A stretch of DNA of 64,000 bases from an uncultured Burkholderiales bacterium (GTDB lineage Bacteria > Pseudomonadota > Gammaproteobacteria > Burkholderiales > Burkholderiaceae_C). The position numbers were made by a program, and so were the translations under genes. Position 1 is the stretch's first letter. Every line of letters begins with the position of its first letter. The stretch spans positions 4,750 to 68,749 of the forward strand of contig CAITYM010000048.1 of NCBI GenBank assembly GCA_903896615.1. The letters run 5' to 3'. The notes under the pieces are model-generated. The model was given only the letters and a program-made list of their open reading frames with translations, did not search any database and was not told the DNA's origin. Shown in pieces: positions 54,197-62,940 of the stretch.

Positions 54197-55095
54197 TAAT
54201 CGTTACCTGACACTTCGTTAGGCTTTGTATTTGTGGCATGAATTGGCAGGTCCCTAGGCTGCTTGTCTCTGTTGTAGCCCCATAAGTACTGATCGGGGAA
54301 CTCAAGTACCAATCCCTCTACTGCCTTGTTCATGATAGCTGCAGCATCTTGCAGTGTCCTTGATTTATCTCCAATACCAAGAGAGGAGAGGTCTTTAAAC
54401 GTGCATTTATATCGAGCCCCCGGTAAACGCTCACACCACCCCAATACTATAAGTGCACCTGTTTGCTGAGCCAATTTTGGCAGCAAAGTCATTGTGTAGA
54501 CATCTCTTCCAAAAAAAGGGGCCCAAACTCCTAACCCCTTTGGTGGAACTTGATCGGGCAAAATTGCTGTAAACCCGCCTGACTTTAAATGCCTCAAAAG
54601 TGCCCGTACTCCTGCCAAACTAGTGGGCACGAAAGTTAAATGCTCTCTTCCCCTAAACTTTATTAATAGCTCATCCACCCAGGCCTTGCGAGCGGGCCTG
54701 TAAAGGGCGACTAAGTCGCCATACTTGGGACCCAAAATCTCCCCAAGCAATTGCGCACCCAATTCCCAGGAACCCAAGTGAGGAGCTAAAACTATGACTC
54801 CTCTTTTCTCATTTAATGCTCGTTCTATGAAACTTATATCTCCCAAAAGTGTTCGGTCTAGCGCTCTTTTACTTTCATCCCTAGCCCATAGCCAAGGAAT
54901 TTCCCCAAGCATTTTTCCCGCAGCGGAGACAGCTCCCTTGGTCTGGGACCAGGAAAGTCCAGCTGATTTAATATTAATCAGAAATTGCTTTCTGTAGCTG
55001 GTCGAGCTGAACCATACGATCCAACCCACTAATGCTCCAACAGTTTGCATCCAACGCAGCGGGACAAGTGATAAGAGTCTAAAAATACGAATCAT
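54196..55095 (-). CDS. Lipid A biosynthesis acyltransferase family (LpxL/LpxM), tandem paralog
   Basis: APHLGSWE (HX4E variant), ILPDQVP and PDQYLWGYNR motifs. It overlaps the downstream paralog by 1 nt. Confidence 0.8.
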   Translation of the reverse strand: MIRIFRLLSLVPLRWMQTVGALVGWIVWFSSTSYRKQFLINIKSAGLSWSQTKGAVSAAGKMLGEIPWLWARDESKRALDRTLLGDISFIERALNEKRGVIVLAPHLGSWELGAQLLGEILGPKYGDLVALYRPARKAWVDELLIKFRGREHLTFVPTSLAGVRALLRHLKSGGFTAILPDQVPPKGLGVWAPFFGRDVYTMTLLPKLAQQTGALIVLGWCERLPGARYKCTFKDLSSLGIGDKSRTLQDAAAIMNKAVEGLVLEFPDQYLWGYNRDKQPRDLPIHATNTKPNEVSGND

Positions 55096-55119
55096 GTGAT
55101 TTGAAGTTTTGTTTTATAG

Positions 55120-55132
55120 TTTTGGTTACAAT
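55120..55132 (+). promoter_or_regulatory. Putative metK promoter -10 region (TTTTGGTTACAAT)
   Basis: TACAAT lies at 55127-55132. The 13-mer is identical to the one upstream of tRNA-Thr. There is no good -35 element. Confidence 0.3.
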
Positions 55133-55138
55133 GTAGAT

Positions 55139-55299
55139 TGTCGCTGAGTTAATGAAGCAACTTGCAGGGCGACACATACAGGGAAACCTGTGTATGGGAT
55201 CCGAGTCAAACCGGGCACCATTTCTGCTAAAGCGTTCGCCAAAGCTCATTTTGAATTGGCAACGCCCAGCACAATTCAACTTTATGGAGCTTTTTTTAC
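55139..55299 (+). promoter_or_regulatory. Structured metK 5' leader (candidate riboswitch or translational regulator)
   Basis: Three hand-folded hairpins: 55139-55174 (TGTCGC/GCGACA), 55175-55196 (GAAA tetraloop at 55183-55186) and 55232-55265 (GCGTTCGCCAA/TTGGCAACGC). The loop AGCTC at 55243-55247 is complementary to GAGCT at 55287-55291, which overlaps the SD GGAG at 55286-55289. Confidence 0.4.
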
Positions 55300-56481
55300 A
55301 TGTCTAAAGACTATTTATTTACCTCTGAATCCGTCTCCGAAGGCCACCCTGACAAAGTAGCGGATCAAATATCTGATGCCATCCTTGATGCGATTTTCAA
55401 GCAAGACCCCCGCTCACGTGTAGCGGCCGAAACCCTCACCAATACTGGATTAGTCGTATTGGCTGGAGAAATTACGACCAACGCTCACGTCGACTACATC
55501 CAAGTTGCGAGAGACACTATCAAACGCATTGGATACGATAACACCGAGTACGGCATTGACTACAAGGGTTGTGCTGTGATGGTTTGCTATGACAAACAAT
55601 CTAACGATATCGCACAAGGTGTAGACCACGCTTCAGACGATCATTTGAATACAGGCGCGGGCGATCAAGGACTCATGTTTGGCTATGCTTGTAGCGAGAC
55701 CCCAGTTCTGATGCCAGCACCGATTTATTACGCACATCGATTGGTTGAGCGTCAAGCCGAACTCAGGCGCGACGGTAGATTGCCGTTTTTGCGCCCAGAC
55801 GCAAAAAGTCAAGTGACGATGCGTTACGTTGACGGCAAGCCACACAGCATCGATACAGTTGTTTTATCAAGCCAACACAGCCCAGAGCAAAGTGATGGCT
55901 CTAAAATGAAACAAAGCTTTGTAGATGCAATCATTGAAGAAATCATCAAACCAGTATTGCCCAAAGAGTGGTTAAAAGACACAAAATATTTAGTCAACCC
56001 TACAGGAAGATTCGTGGTAGGTGGACCTCAAGGCGATTGCGGCCTAACTGGGCGTAAGATCATTGTTGACACCTACGGTGGTGCTTGCCCCCACGGCGGC
56101 GGTGCTTTCTCAGGAAAGGATCCAACCAAAGTAGACCGTTCTGCAGCCTACGCTGCACGTTATGTTGCAAAGAACGTAGTTGCAGCGGGGCTGGCTACTC
56201 AGTGCCAAATTCAAGTCGCTTATGCGATTGGTGTGGCAAAACCAATGAACATTACAGTTGATACGCACGGCACTGGCGTCATCTCGGATGAGAAAATTGC
56301 CGCACTCGTTAACGAGCACTTTGACCTGCGCCCCAAAGGCATTATCCAAATGCTCAACTTGCTCCAGCCTATTTATGAAAAGACAGCTGCCTATGGTCAC
56401 TTTGGCCGCGAAGAACCCCAATTCACTTGGGAAAAAACCGATAAAGCAGCAGCCCTTAAAGCAGCAGCAGGGATCAAATAA
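55300..56481 (+). CDS. metK: S-adenosylmethionine synthetase
   Basis: [25 protein letters not shown] and [16 protein letters not shown] motifs. Confidence 0.97.
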   Translation: MSKDYLFTSESVSEGHPDKVADQISDAILDAIFKQDPRSRVAAETLTNTGLVVLAGEITTNAHVDYIQVARDTIKRIGYDNTEYGIDYKGCAVMVCYDKQSNDIAQGVDHASDDHLNTGAGDQGLMFGYACSETPVLMPAPIYYAHRLVERQAELRRDGRLPFLRPDAKSQVTMRYVDGKPHSIDTVVLSSQHSPEQSDGSKMKQSFVDAIIEEIIKPVLPKEWLKDTKYLVNPTGRFVVGGPQGDCGLTGRKIIVDTYGGACPHGGGAFSGKDPTKVDRSAAYAARYVAKNVVAAGLATQCQIQVAYAIGVAKPMNITVDTHGTGVISDEKIAALVNEHFDLRPKGIIQMLNLLQPIYEKTAAYGHFGREEPQFTWEKTDKAAALKAAAGIK

Positions 56482-56512
56482 GCTCTAACGATCCAATAAA
56501 ACTCTAAATCCA

Positions 56513-56552
56513 AGTCCCCATAAAAGCATAAGTGCCTTTATGGGGACTTTTT
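56513..56552 (+). terminator. Rho-independent terminator after metK
   Basis: A 12-bp stem AGTCCCCATAAA/TTTATGGGGACT with a 12-nt loop is followed by TTTT. Confidence 0.75.
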
Positions 56553-56666
56553 AATGTCTAGCTCATTATTTGTACTTATTGAATTGGACTCAAAAAGTAA
56601 TTAGCATATTGAAATGAACAAGCATTGTCATTTTTAGCCAAAGAAAAATAATTCATCTCATTCTTC

Positions 56667-58343
56667 ATGAACTTAGACAAGAGTACGCTAGCATTAGAGA
56701 GACTTTACGCATTGGCTGCAGAGCATCCTCATGTTGTATGTATGACCCAACCCATGGGCTCAGGGGTAATCAAAGAGTTCACATGGAGCGAGGTTTTACA
56801 AGAAACCAGCAAAATTGCCAATCATCTCTTGCAACTTAATTTACCCAATGAGTCAAAGATTGCAATTCTCTCTAAAAATTGCGCATATTGGCTGATAGCA
56901 GATTGGGCAATTTGGATGGCTGGTTTTATCTCCGTCCCTTTGTATCCCACTTTATCGAGCATTTCGCTTAAGGAGATTTTGGCACATAGTGAGGCCGCAT
57001 TGCTTTTTGTTGGAAAACTAGATAACTGGCAAGCCATAAAGGACGGCATCCCTACCGATATGGCGTGTATTGATATGCCATTGGCCGCGACAAATGAACA
57101 TATCAACTGGGATTCAATCACCGCGTTTACACAGCCTCTTGATATACAAATCACAAGAGGCGGAGACGAGATTTGCACAATTATTTATACTTCTGGCACG
57201 ACGGGAAGTCCTAAAGGCGTCATGCACAGTTTTAATACATTTGCTTTTGCCGTAGCCCAGGGACTTAAACGGTTTCCTTTGACCATGAAGGACCGAATGC
57301 TCTCCTACCTTCCGTTGTCACATATTGCTGAACGTGTATTGGTTGAACACGTAGCCCTATCCACAGGCATGCATATCTTTTTTGCAGAGTCTTTAGATAC
57401 TTTTCTGCAAGATTTGCATCGCGCGCGACCCACATTCTTTTTCACTGTCCCTCGTTTGTGGCTGAAGTTTAAAGAAAATATTCTTAAAAAAGTTCCTGAG
57501 CGCAGGCTTCAATTGTTGCTGCGCATTCCAATCATTAGAGGAGTCCTTAAACTCAAAATTCTTAAAGTACTTGGACTAGATCAATGCAAAATTGTTGCCA
57601 GCGGCGCGGCACCTATGCCTCATAGTCTTTTGCATTGGTACAAAAGTCTTGGCCTACAAATAGCTGAACTTTACGGAATGACAGAGAACTGTGGACTATC
57701 TCACTCAACCAGTCTCGAGCAATTTACACCGGGAACAGTTGGTACTCCCTACACAGGGGTTGAGTCACGAATTGAACCCTCAAGTTCTGAGATACAGATG
57801 AAAAGCAATAGCCTTATGCTTGGTTACTATAAAGCTAAACAACATACTAATGAAGCATTTACAAACGATGGGTGGATGCGGACTGGAGACCAAGGCAAAT
57901 TAGATCCACAGGGGAATCTTGTACTGACAGGTCGACTTAATGATTTATTCAAAACCAGCAAAGGCAAATACGTTGTTCCTGCTCCTATTGAAGATCAATT
58001 AATTATGATCACCGGTGTTGAGGCTTGTTGTGTAGTAGGGGCCAACTTACCCGGACCTATGGGTTTGCTGATGCTTTCATTAGAAACGGCTCATCACTGC
58101 AAACAACCTGAAGGGCGCAAAAAAGTCGAAGACCTCGCGAACCTTAAACTGCAAGAAATCAACTCCACACTTGATGCCCATGAGCGTTTAACATGCTTGG
58201 TTTTATTAACCTCTGCATGGACAATAGAGTCTGGTTTTTTAACGCCTACACTAAAAGTGAAGCGTGGCCAAATTGACGCTTTTTATAAAGACCAATATGA
58301 AACTTGGCTCTCAAAGGGGAAAGCAATTTTATGGCATCACTAA
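56667..58343 (+). CDS. AMP-dependent synthetase/ligase (long-chain acyl-CoA synthetase-like)
   Basis: AMP-binding motif IIYTSGTTGSPKGV, with later YGMTE and GWMRTGD motifs. Confidence 0.85.
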   Translation: MNLDKSTLALERLYALAAEHPHVVCMTQPMGSGVIKEFTWSEVLQETSKIANHLLQLNLPNESKIAILSKNCAYWLIADWAIWMAGFISVPLYPTLSSISLKEILAHSEAALLFVGKLDNWQAIKDGIPTDMACIDMPLAATNEHINWDSITAFTQPLDIQITRGGDEICTIIYTSGTTGSPKGVMHSFNTFAFAVAQGLKRFPLTMKDRMLSYLPLSHIAERVLVEHVALSTGMHIFFAESLDTFLQDLHRARPTFFFTVPRLWLKFKENILKKVPERRLQLLLRIPIIRGVLKLKILKVLGLDQCKIVASGAAPMPHSLLHWYKSLGLQIAELYGMTENCGLSHSTSLEQFTPGTVGTPYTGVESRIEPSSSEIQMKSNSLMLGYYKAKQHTNEAFTNDGWMRTGDQGKLDPQGNLVLTGRLNDLFKTSKGKYVVPAPIEDQLIMITGVEACCVVGANLPGPMGLLMLSLETAHHCKQPEGRKKVEDLANLKLQEINSTLDAHERLTCLVLLTSAWTIESGFLTPTLKVKRGQIDAFYKDQYETWLSKGKAILWHH

Positions 58344-58398
58344 ATTTCTTCGTCGCAACCTATCAATATTATTGAAACTTCAACTTTTAACACTCAAA

Positions 58399-59376
58399 AT
58401 GAACCCATTAAAGAACATCAGACTTCAAGCCATCACCCTACTACTCTCACTTACTTGGTCGCTTGTCTACGGCCAAGGCTTTCCTGAGCACCCCATCACT
58501 CTTGTTGTTCCAAATCCACCTGGAGGGTTTGTAGACACGTCGGCAAGATTGCTAAGTGAACCATTGGCGCGCTTGATCAATCAGCCCGTCGTTATTGATA
58601 ACAGACCAGGTGCAAGCGGAAATACAGCTTACCAATACGTAGCAAGAGCTAAGCCAGATGGCTACACACTACTTATCTCTTACTCAGGCTATCACGTAGG
58701 CAACCCTTCACTGATGGACAAATTACCGTGGGATCCTATCAAGGACTTTACGCCCATTGCTTTACTCACCACATCAACCAATGTTATAGCTGTACACCCC
58801 TCGATTCCGGCCAATAACTTAAAAGAATTCATTGCTTACGCAAAGGCCAATCCAGGAAAATTGAACTATGCCTCACAAGGAAACGGATCCGTTTCTCATA
58901 TTGGAACGGAAATATTTAAACAAATTGCAAATATTGATTTAGTACATGTCCCCTACAAGGGCTCTGGCGCAGCCATACAAGATGTTTTATCCGGTCAAGT
59001 CCAAGTCTTTATCACGACACCACCCTCTGTCATGCAGCATATTCAGATTGACAAATTAAAAGCGCTTGCTGTAACTGGCAAAACTCGCCACCCTATGCTC
59101 CCTAATGTGCCAACTACTGCTGAAGCGGGCGTACCTTCATTTCAACTGGAGTCTTGGGTTGCCCTATATGCTCCAGCAAATACCCCGCCCTCAGTTGTAG
59201 CAAAACTCACTGAAACTGTAAAAAAGAGCCTAGAACAGCCTGAGGTTAAACAACGCGCTGATACTGCAGGCGTAGAGATTAGCTACCTCAATCCTTTAGG
59301 CTTAGATGCTTTGCTCAAAAAGGAATTGCCCTACTGGAATAAAGTCGTTAAATCAGCAAATATTCATTTGGATTAA
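58399..59376 (+). CDS. Bug-family (tripartite tricarboxylate transporter) periplasmic substrate-binding protein
   Basis: Signal peptide from the ATG at 58399. VVPNPPGGFVDTSARLL, NRPGASGN and YASQGNGSVSH are Bug/TctC hallmarks. Confidence 0.85.
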   Translation: MNPLKNIRLQAITLLLSLTWSLVYGQGFPEHPITLVVPNPPGGFVDTSARLLSEPLARLINQPVVIDNRPGASGNTAYQYVARAKPDGYTLLISYSGYHVGNPSLMDKLPWDPIKDFTPIALLTTSTNVIAVHPSIPANNLKEFIAYAKANPGKLNYASQGNGSVSHIGTEIFKQIANIDLVHVPYKGSGAAIQDVLSGQVQVFITTPPSVMQHIQIDKLKALAVTGKTRHPMLPNVPTTAEAGVPSFQLESWVALYAPANTPPSVVAKLTETVKKSLEQPEVKQRADTAGVEISYLNPLGLDALLKKELPYWNKVVKSANIHLD

Positions 59377-59456
59377 TACGGCACTAAATTGATCCTCTTA
59401 ATTTCGTACCGATAATGAAGAAGAACTTTTTATAAGATCCATCACCACTGGGAGGG

Positions 59457-59480
59457 GCTTGCAATTTGGGTATTGCAAGC
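59457..59480. repeat. Perfect 9-bp inverted repeat GCTTGCAAT-N6-ATTGCAAGC
   Basis: Read directly. There is no adjacent U-run. It lies between the Bug gene and the LexA-box gene. Confidence 0.5.
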
Positions 59481-59552
59481 GCGCTAGTTCTGGGATAACC
59501 CCCTGTAAATTAAGATTTCAACCCCAATAATACGAAGGCTAGATCCGCCAAA

Positions 59553-59572
59553 TACTGTATATAATTACAGTA
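59553..59572 (+). promoter_or_regulatory. LexA (SOS) operator overlapping a TATAAT -10 element
   Basis: TACTGTATATAATTACAGTA has an exact CTGT-N8-ACAG core. It matches 18 of 20 positions of the E. coli-type consensus TACTGTATATATATACAGTA. TATAAT lies at 59560-59565 and the SD AGGAGG at 59576-59581. Confidence 0.7.
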
Positions 59573-59586
59573 TTTAGGAGGTTATT

Positions 59587-59970
59587 ATGCTTGATCTACC
59601 CATCCAATTCATTTCAACACATGAGTTGTCAAAGCCTATCAATTCATACGCAAATCCAGCAACAATTGATCCAGATCTTGTCGATTTTGACCAATTAACA
59701 ATTGATGATCAAAAATATCTTGTTCGCCATCTTCTTGAAAAGGCAATTACTGAAATTGAAAGTCAAGATAGACACTTAACCGAGTGGGAAGCTGACACGC
59801 TCACTGGAGCTATCGGGGCAGCAATGTGTGGGATGTATAAGCTTTCAATGACTAAAATTGAACTATCTCAACTGAAAAGAAATGCAGTTGTTCACCCTCA
59901 AATTTGGTTCTCCAATACCGAACAATATACCTGCTCACAAATTAGAGAGAGCTTGTCTCATCTACACTAA
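59587..59970 (+). CDS. Hypothetical 127-aa protein, putative SOS-regulated orphan
   Basis: Strong SD, an ATG start and a LexA box 15 nt upstream of the ATG. I recognise no family motif. Confidence 0.5.
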   Translation: MLDLPIQFISTHELSKPINSYANPATIDPDLVDFDQLTIDDQKYLVRHLLEKAITEIESQDRHLTEWEADTLTGAIGAAMCGMYKLSMTKIELSQLKRNAVVHPQIWFSNTEQYTCSQIRESLSHLH

Positions 59971-60022
59971 CCTGAAAAAGACATAATCTAAATTTATCGA
60001 CCTAAAGGTAAGAAAAGTTCAG

Positions 60023-60041
60023 TAAAGGATTAATCCGTTTA
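60023..60041. terminator. Palindrome between convergent genes (possible bidirectional terminator)
   Basis: TAAAGGATTAATCCGTTTA contains the perfect 10-bp palindrome GGATTAATCC. The U-runs are weak. Confidence 0.3.
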
Positions 60042-60067
60042 CTTATGATGCATTTGCTAATGCTCGG

Positions 60068-60943
60068 TTAATTCTGCTTTGAGTCTACTTCTCGAACTTT
60101 GCTCAAAGCATTAGATGGATTCATAAAATCTACCATGGAGCTAGGAATTAAGATTGTTGTCCCCCTCTCCTTTGTTGTTTCATAAATAATATTCATTGCT
60201 CTAAGTTGCAGTGCACCTGGTTGGGTTTCATATATCTTTGCGGCGTCTACAAATTTACTGGCAATTTCAGCTTCAGCTGTTCCTAGAATGATCCGAGCCT
60301 GTTTCTCACGTTCTGCCTGCGCTTGTCGAGACATCGCATCTTGCAAGGCTACCGGGATGGCAACATCCCTTATCTCAACTGAACTTACTGTGATGCCCCA
60401 ATCACTAGTCTTTCTTCCAATTTCTTGACATAAATGTGTATCTGCAGCTTTGCGATCAGACAGCAAATCAGATAGCATAGACGAGCCGATCATCTCACGC
60501 AGCGATGTTTGAGCAACACGGTCTATGGCCTGCAAAAAATTTGTAATTGACAGAGCTGCTTTTTGTGCGTTATGAACGTGCCAAAAAATAATTGCATCTA
60601 CGTTTACTGGCACTGTATCTCTTGTCAAAGCTTGCTCGGCGTTAAAAGCTGTTGTTTGAATTCTCTCATCGATAATCATGACAATCCTGTCTAGAACCGG
60701 GATGATCAAAAACAAACCAGGTCCCTTCACTGCGTGAATCTTTCCTGCTCGCAAGATTACAAATTTCTCCCAAACATTTGCCATCTTTAGCGATTGCGCT
60801 ATCAAAACAGCTAATATTGTAAAAATGATAGCCAAAGGTGTGTTTAAATTAACAATTGATATTACTGCGAGCACAACTGACACGCTAGTTAGAAAAAGGG
60901 TTATTGCATTCATGAGATAAGACGCGAATTGCAACGATCGCAA
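60068..60943 (-). CDS. SPFH/band-7 (stomatin-like) membrane protein
   Basis: N-terminal TM hairpin, then a stomatin core resembling eukaryotic and prokaryotic stomatins: RAGKIHAVKGPGLFLIIPVLDRI...TRDTVPVNVDAIIFWHV...LREMIGS...EAE. Confidence 0.85.
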   Translation of the reverse strand: MRSLQFASYLMNAITLFLTSVSVVLAVISIVNLNTPLAIIFTILAVLIAQSLKMANVWEKFVILRAGKIHAVKGPGLFLIIPVLDRIVMIIDERIQTTAFNAEQALTRDTVPVNVDAIIFWHVHNAQKAALSITNFLQAIDRVAQTSLREMIGSSMLSDLLSDRKAADTHLCQEIGRKTSDWGITVSSVEIRDVAIPVALQDAMSRQAQAEREKQARIILGTAEAEIASKFVDAAKIYETQPGALQLRAMNIIYETTKERGTTILIPSSMVDFMNPSNALSKVREVDSKQN

Positions 60944-61221
60944 GAAAGTGCATTGATAGCGGGGAGCGAGTTAAACGCATCCCCTTATCGCTAGTTGGCT
61001 ATCATTGAAAGAGAAAGTAACCATTAGGCCAGAAAAATATTTTTTGCACAGTCAAAGATTGAGTTTAATTGATATAGATCAACCATGATCTATCCAAGCT
61101 CATTACCCAACTTTAAGAGTTTTAAATTTAACCAAGAATCCAAAGAAAAACAACAGTCCCCTATTGCTCCGATACTTTAATAAAATATTGACTACAAACT
61201 GAGGGTTATTCGCGATAGAAG

Positions 61222-61569
61222 CTAAACAGCCAGACAAGCCTTATTCATGGCCTGTGAAAGAGTTTTGTAATATCGCTGAGTAATCTTTGTAATAGTTAAG
61301 TGCTTAGTACGGCGATTCGTGCCTATGCATTTGGAATTAATATAACCCTTATCCACAAGATAACTTAGCTTTCTGTGAATAGTTGCTTGTGATGCAATAT
61401 GCAAAAAAGACATCATCACTGTAATTGTCAAAGGTTCGTCGTTTAATTCGTGCAGTGCAATTTCATCCAATATTAATTTAGATATAGGATCAATATCCAA
61501 AACAACTCCACCGGGGTGAGATTTTCGAATAATTTCTAAAAATTTAAAATAACTAAACAGATTATTCAT
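61222..61569 (-). CDS. Small hypothetical winged-helix protein, paralogous in layout to 3383-3706
   Basis: QATIHRKLSYLVDKGYINSKCIGTNRRTKHLTIT looks like a recognition helix plus wing. The ATG at 61567-61569 is preceded by AAGG. The longest ORF starts at the TTG at 61593. Confidence 0.4.
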   Translation of the reverse strand: MNNLFSYFKFLEIIRKSHPGGVVLDIDPISKLILDEIALHELNDEPLTITVMMSFLHIASQATIHRKLSYLVDKGYINSKCIGTNRRTKHLTITKITQRYYKTLSQAMNKACLAV

Positions 61570-61706
61570 ACTTAACCTTAAGATTAAAATCAACTCTTAA
61601 TATTTTTTTTAAATAATATATTCAAGAGTCATAGGTCGGAATAAAAAGTGAGATTACTAGACCAAACCACTTTGAGAGTTGAAGACATACCAAAAAATTG
61701 AATTAC

Positions 61707-62219
61707 CTATGCAAAGGCATTGACGAGACAGGGACTAAATTTTTTAAGTATTGATTCAACCTTATCTTGATCCCCGATATCACCATGAATTAACAACACG
61801 AATTGATCCGCTTTTATTGCCAGTTCGTATTTGATGATCTGATTGCTGTTAACACCAACTCTTGATAGTGCCGCACCTATAGCAGATAGTCCACCAACAA
61901 TAACTGCGCCCTCCAGTGCTGAAATCAGTACTGAGACAAACGGGCCAGCCATAGCAACGACACCAAAACCAGGAATCAAAAATACTGCAGGTAAGAAAAG
62001 GATACCCCAAAGACCACCCCAAAAGGCGCCATTACTTCCCCACGATTTTATTTTGTCTCCCGCTGTATAAAAACCTACGGGGTGCTCTTCGCTGTGATAG
62101 CCCTTCCCAATAATTGATATTTTCTTAATATCAAATCCAGCTCGGCCTAGTGTTTTCACAGCCTCCTCGGCAGCAACGTGAGTATCAAAGATATAAGAAA
62201 TTAGTAAAGTACTGTTCAT
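61707..62219 (-). CDS. Membrane protein with an N-terminal YflT/GSP17M-like domain and glycine-zipper TM helices (DUF1269-like)
   Basis: FDTHVAAEEAVKTLGRAGFDIKKISIIG is followed by two Gly-rich TM segments (WGGLWGILFLPAVFLIPGFGVVAMAGPF..., GAVIVGGLSAIGAAL). Confidence 0.5.
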   Translation of the reverse strand: MNSTLLISYIFDTHVAAEEAVKTLGRAGFDIKKISIIGKGYHSEEHPVGFYTAGDKIKSWGSNGAFWGGLWGILFLPAVFLIPGFGVVAMAGPFVSVLISALEGAVIVGGLSAIGAALSRVGVNSNQIIKYELAIKADQFVLLIHGDIGDQDKVESILKKFSPCLVNAFA

Positions 62220-62250
62220 GCGATGAGCTTTCGAAATGGGTCAGTGCAAA

Positions 62251-62275
62251 ATGGATGATCAGTACGATCATCCAT
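62251..62275 (-). terminator. Hairpin after the BON gene
   Basis: A perfect 10-bp stem ATGGATGATC/GATCATCCAT with a 5-nt loop is followed on the minus strand by TTTTG. Confidence 0.45.
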
Positions 62276-62283
62276 AAATACAT

Positions 62284-62940
62284 TTAGGAGAATGTAAGAT
62301 CTAATTTATCTACAACCTTCACAACATCTGTATTACTCCAGGCGGCGTGCTTAACAAGGGCTCTTTCATTCCAAGAATGAATCTTTCCTGTTAAAGTTAC
62401 TTCGCCGTCTTTGACCTGCACATCAATTTCATCTGCGTCATTTTGTGCACGCCGTTTAAGCGCCTCCACAATATCTGATTTAACAACAGATTTGGCAAGT
62501 GTGTTTTTAATACTTAATTGGTCGCTTATGCCTACTACACCCATCAAATGGGTAATAGATGAATTAAGCATGGCTTTTTGATGATGCCATTTAACTTGTC
62601 CAGATAAAGTTACCCAACCCTTTTCGACCTTAACCTGAATCGTATCTTTAGACAAAAGAGCAGACCAAGTCATAATGTTATCAATAGCATGTGCAATGTC
62701 ACTATCACTTCGTTTACTGTCCCCAGGCAATTTAACCTCTAACTCCATGGCTATTCCATGAACGCCTGATACTCGTTGCGTTGCTTTTTCTGCATGGTAT
62801 TTTTCATAATAGTGATCGACACTACCGCTCAATGTAACAATTCCATCTTTAACGGAAACGCCTATGTTGGACTCTTTGATAGTTGCCTCATACTTTAATT
62901 CGGCTATAACATCAAGTTGAATTTGTGCATCTGTTTTCAT
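62284..62940 (-). CDS. Triple BON-domain protein (OsmY-like, no obvious signal peptide)
   Basis: Three repeats of the BON pattern, each ending in ...V.V..G.VTL.G.V......a......GV..v...l. Confidence 0.85.
   Translation of the reverse strand: MKTDAQIQLDVIAELKYEATIKESNIGVSVKDGIVTLSGSVDHYYEKYHAEKATQRVSGVHGIAMELEVKLPGDSKRSDSDIAHAIDNIMTWSALLSKDTIQVKVEKGWVTLSGQVKWHHQKAMLNSSITHLMGVVGISDQLSIKNTLAKSVVKSDIVEALKRRAQNDADEIDVQVKDGEVTLTGKIHSWNERALVKHAAWSNTDVVKVVDKLDLTFS

Noticed and set aside
55232-55297. Calling the metK leader a canonical SAM-II riboswitch.
   Set aside because: The topology, with a loop pairing to the 3' tail that carries the SD, is SAM-II/V-like. However, I cannot match the primary sequence to the class consensus from memory, and the strand roles of the AAAGCU-type element appear swapped. 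It is reported only as an unclassified candidate.
58264-58398. The Bug-family ORF has a 45-codon extension that overlaps the end of the acyl-CoA synthetase gene.
   Set aside because: A typical signal peptide begins at the ATG at 58399 (MNPLKNIRLQAITLLLSLTWSLVYG). The extension is a read-through artefact of calling the longest ORF.
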